From the NCBI GenBank assembly GCA_050014975.1, contig JBEKCH010000002.1, forward strand, positions 12,158 to 76,157: a DNA stretch of 64,000 nucleotides, written 5' to 3'. Every line of letters begins with the position of its first letter. Position 1 is the stretch's first letter. The stretch is from Candidatus Limnocylindrales bacterium (GTDB taxonomy: Bacteria; Chloroflexota; Limnocylindria; Limnocylindrales; CSP1-4). Shown piece after piece: positions 47,453 through 56,054 of this stretch. The translations under genes and the position numbers were made by a program. A model generated the notes under the pieces. That model was given only the letters and a program-made list of their open reading frames with translations, made no database searches and was not told the origin of the DNA.

Positions 47453-47917
47453 ATGGAAGTCATGAAGCAGCTCCGGCAGCGCGAGATCCGCGATCTGCTC
47501 GGCCAGCGACAGATTCGTACCCAGCAGGAGCTCGCGACCGCCCTGCGCGACCGGGGCTTCCGCGCGACCCAGGCGACCATCAGCCGTGACGTGGCGGAGC
47601 TGGGCCTGATCAAGTCGAACCGCGACGGGGTTCAGGCATACGTCGTGCCCGCCCGGGTCATCGAAGCGGAGAGCACCGGCGAAGAGCGGCTCCGGGCCCT
47701 GTTGCACGATCTGCCAGTCGAGATCCGCGAGGCGGGCCTGATTCTCGTCGTGAGGACGCTCCCAGGCTCGGCGCACGCGATCGCGGCCGCGCTCGACCGC
47801 ACTCGCTGGCCGGAGGTCGTAGGCAGCATCGCCGGCGACGACACCCTCTTCGTCGCCTTTGCCGACCGCATGTCGATGCAGCGCATTCGCGGTCGCCTGC
47901 TCCAGCTGGGCAGCTGA
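47453..47917 (+). CDS. argR: arginine repressor
   Basis: It has the wHTH region 'TQQELATALRDRGFRATQATISRDVAELGL' and the C-terminal 'GSIAGDDTLFV'. Confidence 0.85.
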   Translation: MEVMKQLRQREIRDLLGQRQIRTQQELATALRDRGFRATQATISRDVAELGLIKSNRDGVQAYVVPARVIEAESTGEERLRALLHDLPVEIREAGLILVVRTLPGSAHAIAAALDRTRWPEVVGSIAGDDTLFVAFADRMSMQRIRGRLLQLGS

Positions 47918-47968
47918 GCCGTCACGTCCCGCACCCGCACGCGCGCGACACCACCGCAGGCATGGACC

Positions 47969-48014
47969 GGCCCCGCGGCTCGGGGAGGAGGAGGAGGATC
48001 CGAGCGGCGGGGCC
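47969..48014 (+). terminator. long hairpin 3' of argR with a (GGA)n loop
   Basis: A 15-bp stem with one mismatch (ggccccgcggctcgg / ccgagcggcggggcc) carries a 16-nt loop ggaggaggaggaggat and is followed by gcgttgttgc. Confidence 0.5.
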
Positions 48015-48106
48015 GGCGTTGTTGCTGGCTTCTGGCCGAAGAATGGCCAGTTTCGTTTCAGGTTACCAGCCCTCATAGGTCCCTCCCCGTTCGGGACCTA
48101 TGTTCT
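48015..48106 (+). ncRNA. candidate small RNA / 3'-UTR element in a locally AT-richer island
   Basis: Hairpin CTGGCC 48032-37 / GGCCAG 48045-50 is followed by a U-rich linker (tttcgtttcaggtta). A perfect 10-bp hairpin then follows (CATAGGTCCC 48074-83 / GGGACCTATG 48093-102, C-rich loop) and is followed by ttct. No promoter was identified. Confidence 0.25.
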
Positions 48107-48239
48107 AGCCATTCGGGTGCTCGCCACCTTGAGTGGTCAGGGGGACCGGTCGCACCACTCGGCGGTTGGGGAGAGCGCTCGCACTGCCCGCTGCGCCTGC
48201 CGGCCGGGGCATTGGACTCCGGAAACGGTGCTCATCGCT

Positions 48240-48268
48240 TTGACATGGGGGAGGGGGGCGGCTAGGAT
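48240..48268 (+). promoter_or_regulatory. strong sigma-70/SigA-type promoter candidate for greA
   Basis: Consensus TTGACA (48240-45), an exact 17-nt spacer, then TAGGAT (48263-68). Confidence 0.55.
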
Positions 48269-48279
48269 ACGCGCCGGCC

Positions 48280-48320
48280 GAACTTCAGGGCACCGCGACG
48301 GTGGCTCCTGAAGTTCTTTT
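48280..48320 (+). terminator. terminator/attenuator-like hairpin in the greA leader
   Basis: GAACTTCAGG 48280-89 pairs with CCTGAAGTTC 48307-16. An inner CACCG/CGGTG stem is present. TTTT follows at 48317-20. It lies between the predicted TSS (~48275) and the greA start. Confidence 0.5.
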
Positions 48321-48383
48321 CCTTATCCCGGGCCGTTGAGGTCCCGCCAGGGTCGTTTTCGACAGATACGGAGCCCCTCGCTG

Positions 48384-48848
48384 GTGAACAACAAGACTCA
48401 GTACATCTCGGAAGAGGGTCTGGCCAAGCTGCGAGCCGATCTCGAGGAGCTGGTCAACGTCCGTCGAGCCGAGATCGCCCAGCGGATCCACGACGCCAAG
48501 GAGCACGGCGATCTCGCCGAGAACGCTGAGTACGAAGACGCCAAGAACGAGCAGGCGTTCGTCGAGGGCCAGATCCAGCGCCTGGAGGCGCTCGTCAAGA
48601 ACGCCACCATCATCGAGGGCGGCCACGGCACCGATCACGTCCAGATCGGGTCGACCGTGAAGGTCGAGGGCTCGGACGGCCAGGAGCAGTTCACGATCGT
48701 CGGCTCGACCGAGGCCAGCCCGCGCGAGGGCAAGATCTCGAACGAGTCGCCGGTCGGGCGCGCACTCCTCGGCAGGCGCAAGGGCGAGACGGTGGTCGTG
48801 CACGTTCCGGCGGGGGACTTCTCCTACAAGATCCTCGATATCCGCTGA
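48384..48848 (+). CDS. greA: transcription elongation factor GreA
   Basis: It has 'GDLAENAEYEDAKNEQAFVEGQIQRLE' and 'SNESPVGRALLGRRKGE'. The GTG at 48384 gives about 154 aa. Confidence 0.9.
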   Translation: MNNKTQYISEEGLAKLRADLEELVNVRRAEIAQRIHDAKEHGDLAENAEYEDAKNEQAFVEGQIQRLEALVKNATIIEGGHGTDHVQIGSTVKVEGSDGQEQFTIVGSTEASPREGKISNESPVGRALLGRRKGETVVVHVPAGDFSYKILDIR

Positions 48849-48865
48849 CCGGGGGCGGCTGAGCC

Positions 48866-50449
48866 GTGTATTGGGCCGACGAGCTGGCTGCGGCCGTTTC
48901 GGGCCGCCAGGTGGTCAACGATTCGAAGTCGCCCTCGGGCACCGTACACGTCGGCAGCCTGCGCGGCGTCGTCCTGCACGACGCCATATACCGGGCCTTG
49001 CGCCAGGCGGGGATCGAGGCCTCGTTCCTCTACGGCGTCGACGATATGGACGCCATGGACTCGCAGGCGCTGCTGACCCCCGACGCGGTCGAGCGCTACA
49101 TGGGCGCGCCGTTGTCGCGCGTGCCCGCTCCCGAGGGGAGCGACGCGGTCAACTACGCCCGACATTTCGTGGGCGAGATCTTCTTTCGGATCTTCGAGCC
49201 GCTCGGTATCAAGCCCGAGTTCTACTGGGTCAGCGAGCTATATGCGGCCGGCAGCATGGACCCGTACATCAAGCTGGCCCTCGATCGGGCCGATCGAGTA
49301 CGGGCGATCTACCTGCGCGTGAGCCACGTCGAGCGCTCGAGCGGCTGGCTGCCGATCCAGGTGATCTGCGAGCAGTGCGGCAAGATCGGCACCACGTACG
49401 CCACGGAGTGGAACGGCGAGACGGTCGCGTACAGGTGCCTGCCCGATCTCGTATCGTGGGCTCATGGCTGCGGGCACGAAGGGCGTGTTTCGCCGCTGGG
49501 CGGCCGGGCCAAGCTGCCCTGGAACCTGGAGTGGGCCGCCAAGTGGGGCCTGCTGGGCGTGACGATCGAGGGCTGCGGCAAGGACCTGGCCACGGCCGGC
49601 GGCTCGCGTGACCGCTCGGACGCGATCAGCCGCGAGGTGTTCGAGGTGGAGCCGCCTCGAAACGTCGCCTACGAGTTCCTCAACGTCGGCGGCCGCAAGA
49701 TGTCCACTTCCAGGGGCCAGGGCGCCGCCGCGCATACGATCGCCGAGGTCCTCCCGCCCGAACAGCTGCGCTTCCTCTTCTTGCGCCCGCGGCCCAGCCA
49801 GGTGATCGATTTCGACCCCGAGGGCGAGACGATCCCGCGCCTCTTCGACGAGTTCGATCGGATCGCCGCCGCCACCGCCGGGCGCGAGGTCAAAGGCGAG
49901 TTGCCGGCCGACTACGAACGCCTCTTCGGCTACTCGCTGCTGGGCGAGTCCCCGGACGTTGCCGCGGCCGCCGCCGCATACCGGCCCGCCTTCGCGCATC
50001 TCGCTCTGCTGGCGCAGATCCCCGGCGTGGACATCCCGGAGCGGATGGCGGCCGAGAAGGGCGCACCGCTCAACGAGGTCGAAGCCGCCATCCTGGCCGA
50101 ACGAACCGCCTCGGCCCGCGCCTGGCTGGATACCTATGCGCCCGAGAGAGCGCGTCTCGTCGTCCGCCACGATGCCGTGCCGGAGGAGGTGTCCGCGTTG
50201 GACGCGGTGCAGCGTGCCTACCTCGTCGCGCTGGCCGCCGCCGCAGCAGCGGAGAAGCCCGGCTCCGGCGACGCCTGGCAGGGCCTGATCTTCCGCGTAG
50301 CCGCCGAGAGGGAACTCGCTGCCGGCCGCGCCTTCGGGGCGCTGTACGCCGCTTTCCTCGGCCGAACCAACGGCCCTCGCGCCGGCTGGCTGCTGGCCAG
50401 CCTGGATCCCGCCTTCGTCGTCGGCCGGCTGCGGGCAGCGGCGGGGTAG
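48866..50449 (+). CDS. lysK: lysine--tRNA ligase, class I type
   Basis: The N-terminus reads 'MYWADE'. It has a HIGH-like 'GTVHVGSLRG' and a KMSKS-like 'GGRKMSTSRG'. The protein is about 527 aa and starts 17 nt after greA. Confidence 0.85.
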   Translation: MYWADELAAAVSGRQVVNDSKSPSGTVHVGSLRGVVLHDAIYRALRQAGIEASFLYGVDDMDAMDSQALLTPDAVERYMGAPLSRVPAPEGSDAVNYARHFVGEIFFRIFEPLGIKPEFYWVSELYAAGSMDPYIKLALDRADRVRAIYLRVSHVERSSGWLPIQVICEQCGKIGTTYATEWNGETVAYRCLPDLVSWAHGCGHEGRVSPLGGRAKLPWNLEWAAKWGLLGVTIEGCGKDLATAGGSRDRSDAISREVFEVEPPRNVAYEFLNVGGRKMSTSRGQGAAAHTIAEVLPPEQLRFLFLRPRPSQVIDFDPEGETIPRLFDEFDRIAAATAGREVKGELPADYERLFGYSLLGESPDVAAAAAAYRPAFAHLALLAQIPGVDIPERMAAEKGAPLNEVEAAILAERTASARAWLDTYAPERARLVVRHDAVPEEVSALDAVQRAYLVALAAAAAAEKPGSGDAWQGLIFRVAAERELAAGRAFGALYAAFLGRTNGPRAGWLLASLDPAFVVGRLRAAAG

Positions 50450-50584
50450 CCTCGGCAGCGCAGACCCTTCCGCCGTCGCCCCGGCCGGAAGCCGCGCGCC
50501 CGCGGAGCCGATGCCCGGCTACACTCTGGTTTGAGAAGCAGATGCGGCCCGGCCGCCGGAGGAGACCACGGGAGTGAGAGAGGA

Positions 50585-51907
50585 ATGAGCATCGGGCTGG
50601 CGAGGCTGCGCGAGGAGCCGGATCGGATCCGCCAGGGGGCGATCGACAAGGGCGAGGACCCGACGGTCATCGATCAGGCCCTGGCACTGGAGGGCAGGCG
50701 CCGCCAGTTGCTGAACGACACGGACGAGCTCAAGGCTGAGCGCAACGCCGCGTCCAGGCAGATCGGGGAGGCCATCCGCAAGGGCGCCTCCCCCAACGGC
50801 CCCGAGGTCGCGGTCTTGAGGCAGACCTCGACCGCAGCCGGCACCCGGATCGAGAAGCTGGACGCGGAGCTCGCCGCCACGGAAGCCCAGCTCGAGGAGC
50901 TGCTTCTGCGCATCCCAAACCCCGCGGACCCGGACGTGCCGGTGGGCGATGCCTCGGCCAACAAGGTCGTCCGAACCTGGGGCCAGCCTCTTCCGAAAGA
51001 GTCGACCGTCGATGGTCGTCCCTGGACGCGCCGCCCGCACTGGGAGGTCGCCGAGGACCTTCACATGCTCGACCTGGCTCGTGGGGCCAGGATCACCGGC
51101 TCGGGCTTCCCCGTCTACACTGGCCAGGGGTCGCGGCTCCAGCGCGCGCTGATCGACTTCATGCTGGACATCCACACCGCCGAGCACGGTATGACCGAGA
51201 TCTGGCCGCCGGCCCTGGTCAACGCCGCGTCCGCGCGTGGCACCGGCCAGATCCCCGACAAGGAAGACCTCATGTACGTCGTCCCGCGCGACGAGCTGTA
51301 CCTGGTGCCCACCGCGGAGGTTCCGGTCACGAACCTCCATCGCGACGAGATCTTCGATGCCGACCAGCTGCCGATCCGCTACGCCGCATACTCGCCCTGC
51401 TTCCGCCGCGAAGCCGGGGCAGCGGGCAAGGACACACGCGGCATCCTCCGGGTCCACCAGTTCGACAAGGTCGAGATGGTCTTCTTCGAGAAGCCCGACG
51501 CGTCCGGCGAGGCGCTCGAGTGGCTGACCGGTCGGGCGGAGGTCATCCTCCAGCGCCTCGGCCTGGCCTATCGCGTCCTCCTCATGGCCACCAAGGACAT
51601 GGGCTTCGTGCAGGCCAAGAAGTACGACCTGGAGGTCTGGGCTCCCGGCGTCGAACGCTGGCTCGAGGTCAGCTCCTGCTCGAACTTCCGCGACTACCAG
51701 GCCCGGCGGATGGCGATCCGCTACCGGCCTGAACCCGGCGCCAAGCCCGAGTTCGTGCACACGCTCAACGGCTCGGGGCTGGCGCTGGCCCGAACGGTCG
51801 CCGCCATTCTTGAGAGTTACCAGCAGCCGGACGGCAGCCTGATCATGCCCGATGCGCTGGCGCCGTACATGCATACCCACCGGGTGGACCGCCAGGCCGG
51901 ACTCTAG
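50585..51907 (+). CDS. serS: serine--tRNA ligase
   Basis: It has an N-terminal coiled-coil arm and a class II core ('FRREAGAAGKDTRGILRVHQFDKVE', 'TLNGSGLA'). Confidence 0.92.
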   Translation: MSIGLARLREEPDRIRQGAIDKGEDPTVIDQALALEGRRRQLLNDTDELKAERNAASRQIGEAIRKGASPNGPEVAVLRQTSTAAGTRIEKLDAELAATEAQLEELLLRIPNPADPDVPVGDASANKVVRTWGQPLPKESTVDGRPWTRRPHWEVAEDLHMLDLARGARITGSGFPVYTGQGSRLQRALIDFMLDIHTAEHGMTEIWPPALVNAASARGTGQIPDKEDLMYVVPRDELYLVPTAEVPVTNLHRDEIFDADQLPIRYAAYSPCFRREAGAAGKDTRGILRVHQFDKVEMVFFEKPDASGEALEWLTGRAEVILQRLGLAYRVLLMATKDMGFVQAKKYDLEVWAPGVERWLEVSSCSNFRDYQARRMAIRYRPEPGAKPEFVHTLNGSGLALARTVAAILESYQQPDGSLIMPDALAPYMHTHRVDRQAGL

Positions 51908-52032
51908 GCGACCGAGGCTGCTCACTGGCTCGAGGTCGTACAGGATGAACGCGGCGGCGGTTTCTGCCAAGATTGCGCCGCTCAGGCCCGCCGTCGGGCA
52001 GGTGTCTGATCGTGAGAAAGCCGGAGGAATTC

Positions 52033-52911
52033 ATGGAAGCTGACGGCCGCCGAAGCGAACGACGGTGGGCAGGCCTCGGCGGGCTGGCCATGTTGGCCGG
52101 CTTCGCGGCGCTCGCCGTCGCCGGGTGCAGCGCCTCCTCGGCTACGCCCCAGACGATCTACGTAACGCCCTCCCCATCCCTGCCTGCGGCCTCCACCGCT
52201 CCCATTTCCGCCCCGACGGGGACGGCGACGGCCGCGCCCACGACGGCACCGTCCGCGGCTCCGGTCGCCGTGGCTCCAACGGTTACCAGCACCACGGTCA
52301 ACTCGTCCGCGCCGGACAACAGCTGGACCGTCACCTTCCGTGAGCCGGTGGTATCCGGGGTTGCCGAGGCGGTGTTGAGCGCGATGAACGACTCGATCGA
52401 CACGAGAGTCGGCGCTTACATCAGCTCGTTCAATGGGACCGAGCTGCCCGCCGTCGCCAGCGGCGAAGGTCCGAGCACCCTCAACGGCGACTTCTCGGTC
52501 GCGTACCTCTCTCCCTCCCTGCTGAGCCTGCGCTTCACCATCACGACCTACATCACCGGCGCGGCCCATCCGCTGACGGAGGCGGGGAGCATCAACTTCG
52601 ACGTCAGCTCGGGCGCGGTGATCCAGCTCTCGGACCTGTTCACGAGCCCGGCCTCCGCTGTGCCGGTGCTCCAGACCCAGGCCCATGCCAAGCTCAGCGC
52701 ATTGCTGGGCGCCGATCTGTCCTGGCCGGCGAGCGTCACCATGGCGGACTTCGAGACGGGCTGGGTCTTCACCCCGGCCGGCCTGGAGCTGACCTGGTCG
52801 CAGGGCACGATCGCCAGCATGGCGGCCGGCACGCCGACGATCTCCATCCCCTGGCCGTCGTTGGCGAGCGTCATCGCCACGCCCGGCCCGGCAGCCGGGT
52901 TCGTGGCCTAG
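52033..52911 (+). CDS. lipoprotein with DUF3298/RsiV-PdaC-like domain
   Basis: It has the lipobox 'LAVAGC', an A/P/T-rich linker and 'ITGAAHPLTEAGSINFDVSSGAVIQLSDLF'. Confidence 0.6.
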   Translation: MEADGRRSERRWAGLGGLAMLAGFAALAVAGCSASSATPQTIYVTPSPSLPAASTAPISAPTGTATAAPTTAPSAAPVAVAPTVTSTTVNSSAPDNSWTVTFREPVVSGVAEAVLSAMNDSIDTRVGAYISSFNGTELPAVASGEGPSTLNGDFSVAYLSPSLLSLRFTITTYITGAAHPLTEAGSINFDVSSGAVIQLSDLFTSPASAVPVLQTQAHAKLSALLGADLSWPASVTMADFETGWVFTPAGLELTWSQGTIASMAAGTPTISIPWPSLASVIATPGPAAGFVA

Positions 52912-52983
52912 TGCCGCGGCCGCCATTCTCGCCCCTCGCCGGTCATCGCTGAGGATGCTGCGCGTCCCAGAAAGGCTCATCTC

Positions 52984-54525
52984 GTGATGCGAGCTCCCGG
53001 CCGGCACTGGTGGATCCTGGGCGCGATGGTCTTCGCGCTGTTCATGGTCATGCTCGACATGACCGTCGTGACCGTGGCTCTACCCTCGATCCAGCGCAGT
53101 CTGAACGCGAGCGAGCAGAACCTCGAATGGACGGTGAACGCCTTCTCGCTTGCGCTCGCCTCCCTGACCATGCTCGGTGGAAAGCTCGGCGACAGATTCG
53201 GGCGACGACGGCTGTTCCTCGCCGGGCTGGTGATCTTCACCGCCAGCTCCGCGGCGTGCGCGCTCGCGCAAACAGACGGGCAGCTCGTAGCCGGTCGTGC
53301 CGTACAGGGTGTCGGCGGCGCCCTCATGGGGCCGCTCTCGCTGTCGATCATCGTGGCCGCCTTTCCGAGGGATCGCCTGCCCATCGCGCTGGGCATCTGG
53401 GCAGGCGCCTCGGCCGTCGGCCTCGCCATCGGGCCGCTGGTCGGCGGCTTCCTGGTCGACGCGGCCGGCTGGTCGAGCGTCTTCTGGATCAACGTGCCGA
53501 TCGGGGCGGTGGGTCTCTTCGTAACCGCGTGGGTCGTGCCGGAGTCGACAGATCCGACGACGCGGGCGCTCGACCTGCCGGGTACCGCGCTCGCGACCGG
53601 AGGTCTGTTCGCGTTCGTGTGGGGACTCATCGAGACGAGCTCAAACGACTGGAGCTCGCCCGATGTGCTCTCTCGGCTGATTGTCGGGGCGCTGCTGCTC
53701 GCCGTATTCGTCCTTCGCGAGGCCGTCACAGCCGCGCCGATGCTTCCTCTCGGCTTCTTCCGAAGCGTGCGCTTCGGCACGGCGAACATCGTCATGCTCG
53801 CGCTCGGGTTCGCGATGTTCGGCGTGATCTACTTCCTGACGCTTTTCATGCAGAACGTGCAGGGTTACTCGGCGGTCGAGACCGGCATCCGTTCGCTGCC
53901 GCTGACTTTGATGGTCGTCCTCGTGGCGCCCCTGGCCGGCCGCTTCAGCGCGCGATTCGGCGCCCGGCCCTTCGTCGTCGTTGGCATGGTGCTCTGCGCG
54001 GTCGCGATCGTCGGGCTCTCCCGCCTGGCGCCCGCTTCGCCATACGCCGACATGTGGCCCTGGCTCGTCGTCTTCGGCGCCGGCGCCGCACTGACTATGC
54101 CAGTGCTCGCGGCGACGGCGATGGCTAGCTCGGATGCCGCGAAGTCCGGGGTGGCATCCGGGATGCTGAACACGTCGCGCCAGGTCGGTACCGCACTGGG
54201 CGTCGCCGTCCTCGGTTCGATCGGCGCCACGGTCGCCCGCGGCGACTGGGTGAGCTGGACGAGCGGCCTGCCCGCGTCTCTTCAGCCCGGCGCGCATGCT
54301 CTCGAGCCGCTAGTAGTCCTCGGTCGAGGCGGCCAGATCCAGAGCATCGCCTCGCAGACGGTCGGGCCGGCCGGTGGCGCGCTGGCGGCTCAGCAGGCAG
54401 TCCAGGCGTTCAGCCACGGGATGACACAGGCGTTCGTCATCGCGGCTGGCGTGGCGCTGGTCGCCGCCGCCGTGGCCGGCATCGGTCTCGCCCAGCGTCG
54501 CCGTGCCGCCGCTGCCGTTCAGTGA
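52984..54525 (+). CDS. MFS transporter, DHA2 (EmrB/QacA-like, 14-TM) family
   Basis: It has 'MLDMTVVTVALPSIQ' and 'GGKLGDRFGRRRLF'. The protein is 513 aa. Confidence 0.85.
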   Translation: MMRAPGRHWWILGAMVFALFMVMLDMTVVTVALPSIQRSLNASEQNLEWTVNAFSLALASLTMLGGKLGDRFGRRRLFLAGLVIFTASSAACALAQTDGQLVAGRAVQGVGGALMGPLSLSIIVAAFPRDRLPIALGIWAGASAVGLAIGPLVGGFLVDAAGWSSVFWINVPIGAVGLFVTAWVVPESTDPTTRALDLPGTALATGGLFAFVWGLIETSSNDWSSPDVLSRLIVGALLLAVFVLREAVTAAPMLPLGFFRSVRFGTANIVMLALGFAMFGVIYFLTLFMQNVQGYSAVETGIRSLPLTLMVVLVAPLAGRFSARFGARPFVVVGMVLCAVAIVGLSRLAPASPYADMWPWLVVFGAGAALTMPVLAATAMASSDAAKSGVASGMLNTSRQVGTALGVAVLGSIGATVARGDWVSWTSGLPASLQPGAHALEPLVVLGRGGQIQSIASQTVGPAGGALAAQQAVQAFSHGMTQAFVIAAGVALVAAAVAGIGLAQRRRAAAAVQ

Positions 54526-54568
54526 CGCCTACGGCACTGGAGCGGCTGACGCGACGGCGCCAGCTCGG

Positions 54569-54994
54569 TCAGGTTGTCGCCCTTCCCGTCCTGTCGCCCT
54601 TGCCGTCGTACCAGCTGCCGAAGTGCCTCGCATAGAGCTCGTCCAGCAGAGTGTCCGCCTCGTCGGCCAGCGCGCCGAACGCGCCGACGAGCCAGCGTCC
54701 CTCAGCGGACACGGTTGAGCCTCCGCCACCTGCGCCGCCGGTCCGTCGCTCGAGCAGCGTGACGCCGAGGTGCGCCTCCGCCCGATGCACGATATGCCAG
54801 GCCTTGCTGTATGCCAGGCCCATGTCGGAGGCGGCCCGGCGGAGCGATCCCGTCGCCTCGACCCGGATGAGCAGCTCGCGGATCCCTCTCCCAAAGACAG
54901 GAATACCCCGGTCCTGCAGCCAGATTCGCTGGGCGGGACGGATACCTGCAGGACCTGTTTCTACGACGGGTGCGCCTGAGCTGGCTCCGGCCAT
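54569..54994 (-). CDS. ModE-N-terminal-domain-like winged-helix regulator (no Mop domains)
   Basis: 'GSLRRAASDMGLAYSKAWHIVHRAEAHLGVTLLERRTGGAGGGGS' parallels the E. coli ModE N-domain ('...ISYKSAWDAIN...ATGGKGGGGA'). Confidence 0.6.
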   Translation of the reverse strand: MAGASSGAPVVETGPAGIRPAQRIWLQDRGIPVFGRGIRELLIRVEATGSLRRAASDMGLAYSKAWHIVHRAEAHLGVTLLERRTGGAGGGGSTVSAEGRWLVGAFGALADEADTLLDELYARHFGSWYDGKGDRTGRATT

Positions 54995-55078
54995 CGACCA
55001 CTCCTGCCGAGCGTTATCCTCAGAAAACGATAACGCTCCGCAGCGGCAGCCGTCGGCCGAGTTCGCCAGCGAAGCCGT

Positions 55079-56041
55079 CTATCGGCCGGTCCGAGGCCCG
55101 GCCGAAACGGGCGCCTCTTGGGCAGGTGCGACCGCCTGTCGGGCTCCCGGGTCGGTGGCGAGAGAGACGACGACGATACCGAGGAACGTGGTCGCGGCGC
55201 CGGCAAAGTCCAGCAACGTGAGCGGCTCGCCCAGCAGGAGCCAGGACGACGCGAGGCCCACGACGGGCACGGCCAGGAAGCCCATCGTCGTTGCCAGCGG
55301 ACTGAGCGCTCGCGAGATCGACTGGCTCAGCCAGAAGGCGAGCGCGGTGGCGAGCGGGCCGCTGTAGAGCACGGCGGCGACGGCACTGGGCTCCCAGTGG
55401 ATCGGCCGACCGACTTCCAGCAGGAGCGCGGCGGCCACAAGCGGCACGAGCGCCACCAGCAGCTGCCAGGGCATGAGGTCGAGCGGTGTCCCGCGCCACT
55501 CATGGCGCCGGATATGGATCGTGGTCGCCGCCCAGAGCACGGCGCTGACGATGAGTCCCGCGCTGCCGAGCAGCTGCCCGGAGGACTGCCAGTCGATGGC
55601 CTGCGGGTTCAACAGCAGGCCGATCCCGGCCAGACCAATCAGCAGCCCGGCAACCTGCCGCCCGGCGCCACCGGCGCGCAGTGTTGGGAGTTGGATGAGC
55701 GCCACCCAGAGGGGCATCGTGTAGACCAGGATCGACGACCGGCCGGCGGAGATCAGCGGCAGGGCAAAGTTCATGAGCGCGATCCCGGCGGCCATCTGGC
55801 CGATGCCCACGGACAGGACGACCGGGATGTCGTGGCGGGAAGGCAGCCGCAGGCCGCGCCGCGCGGCCAGCACGGCCACGATCACGGCCAGCCCGGTCGC
55901 AACCCGAAGGGTGCCGTAGGTGAACGGGGGCAGGTCTCGCAGACCGATCTTCGCCACCGGCCAATGCACGCCCCAGACCAGCGCCAGGCAGGCCAGCAGC
56001 AAGTAGGGCCGTGCTCGCATGCCGCCCAGTCGCGCTCGCAT
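55079..56041 (-). CDS. EamA/DMT-family transporter
   Basis: It has about 10 TMs in two EamA-type halves. The protein is 320 aa. Confidence 0.8.
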   Translation of the reverse strand: MRARLGGMRARPYLLLACLALVWGVHWPVAKIGLRDLPPFTYGTLRVATGLAVIVAVLAARRGLRLPSRHDIPVVLSVGIGQMAAGIALMNFALPLISAGRSSILVYTMPLWVALIQLPTLRAGGAGRQVAGLLIGLAGIGLLLNPQAIDWQSSGQLLGSAGLIVSAVLWAATTIHIRRHEWRGTPLDLMPWQLLVALVPLVAAALLLEVGRPIHWEPSAVAAVLYSGPLATALAFWLSQSISRALSPLATTMGFLAVPVVGLASSWLLLGEPLTLLDFAGAATTFLGIVVVSLATDPGARQAVAPAQEAPVSAGPRTGR

Positions 56042-56054
56042 CCCGTCTGGCCGC

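Noticed and set aside
48110-48239. Additional hairpins between the sRNA-like module and the greA promoter (for example GAGTGGT...ACCACTC at about 48131-48160), and a possible 6C-RNA-like arrangement of C-rich loops.
   Set aside because: The C-rich and G-rich loops fall on opposite strands, so no consistent 6C-type fold exists. Stems this short are expected by chance at this GC content.
50450-50584. A T-box leader upstream of serS (and upstream of lysK).
   Set aside because: The spacers are only 135 nt and 17 nt. No specifier-loop or T-box (AANNNGGGTGGNACCGCG-like) sequence is visible.
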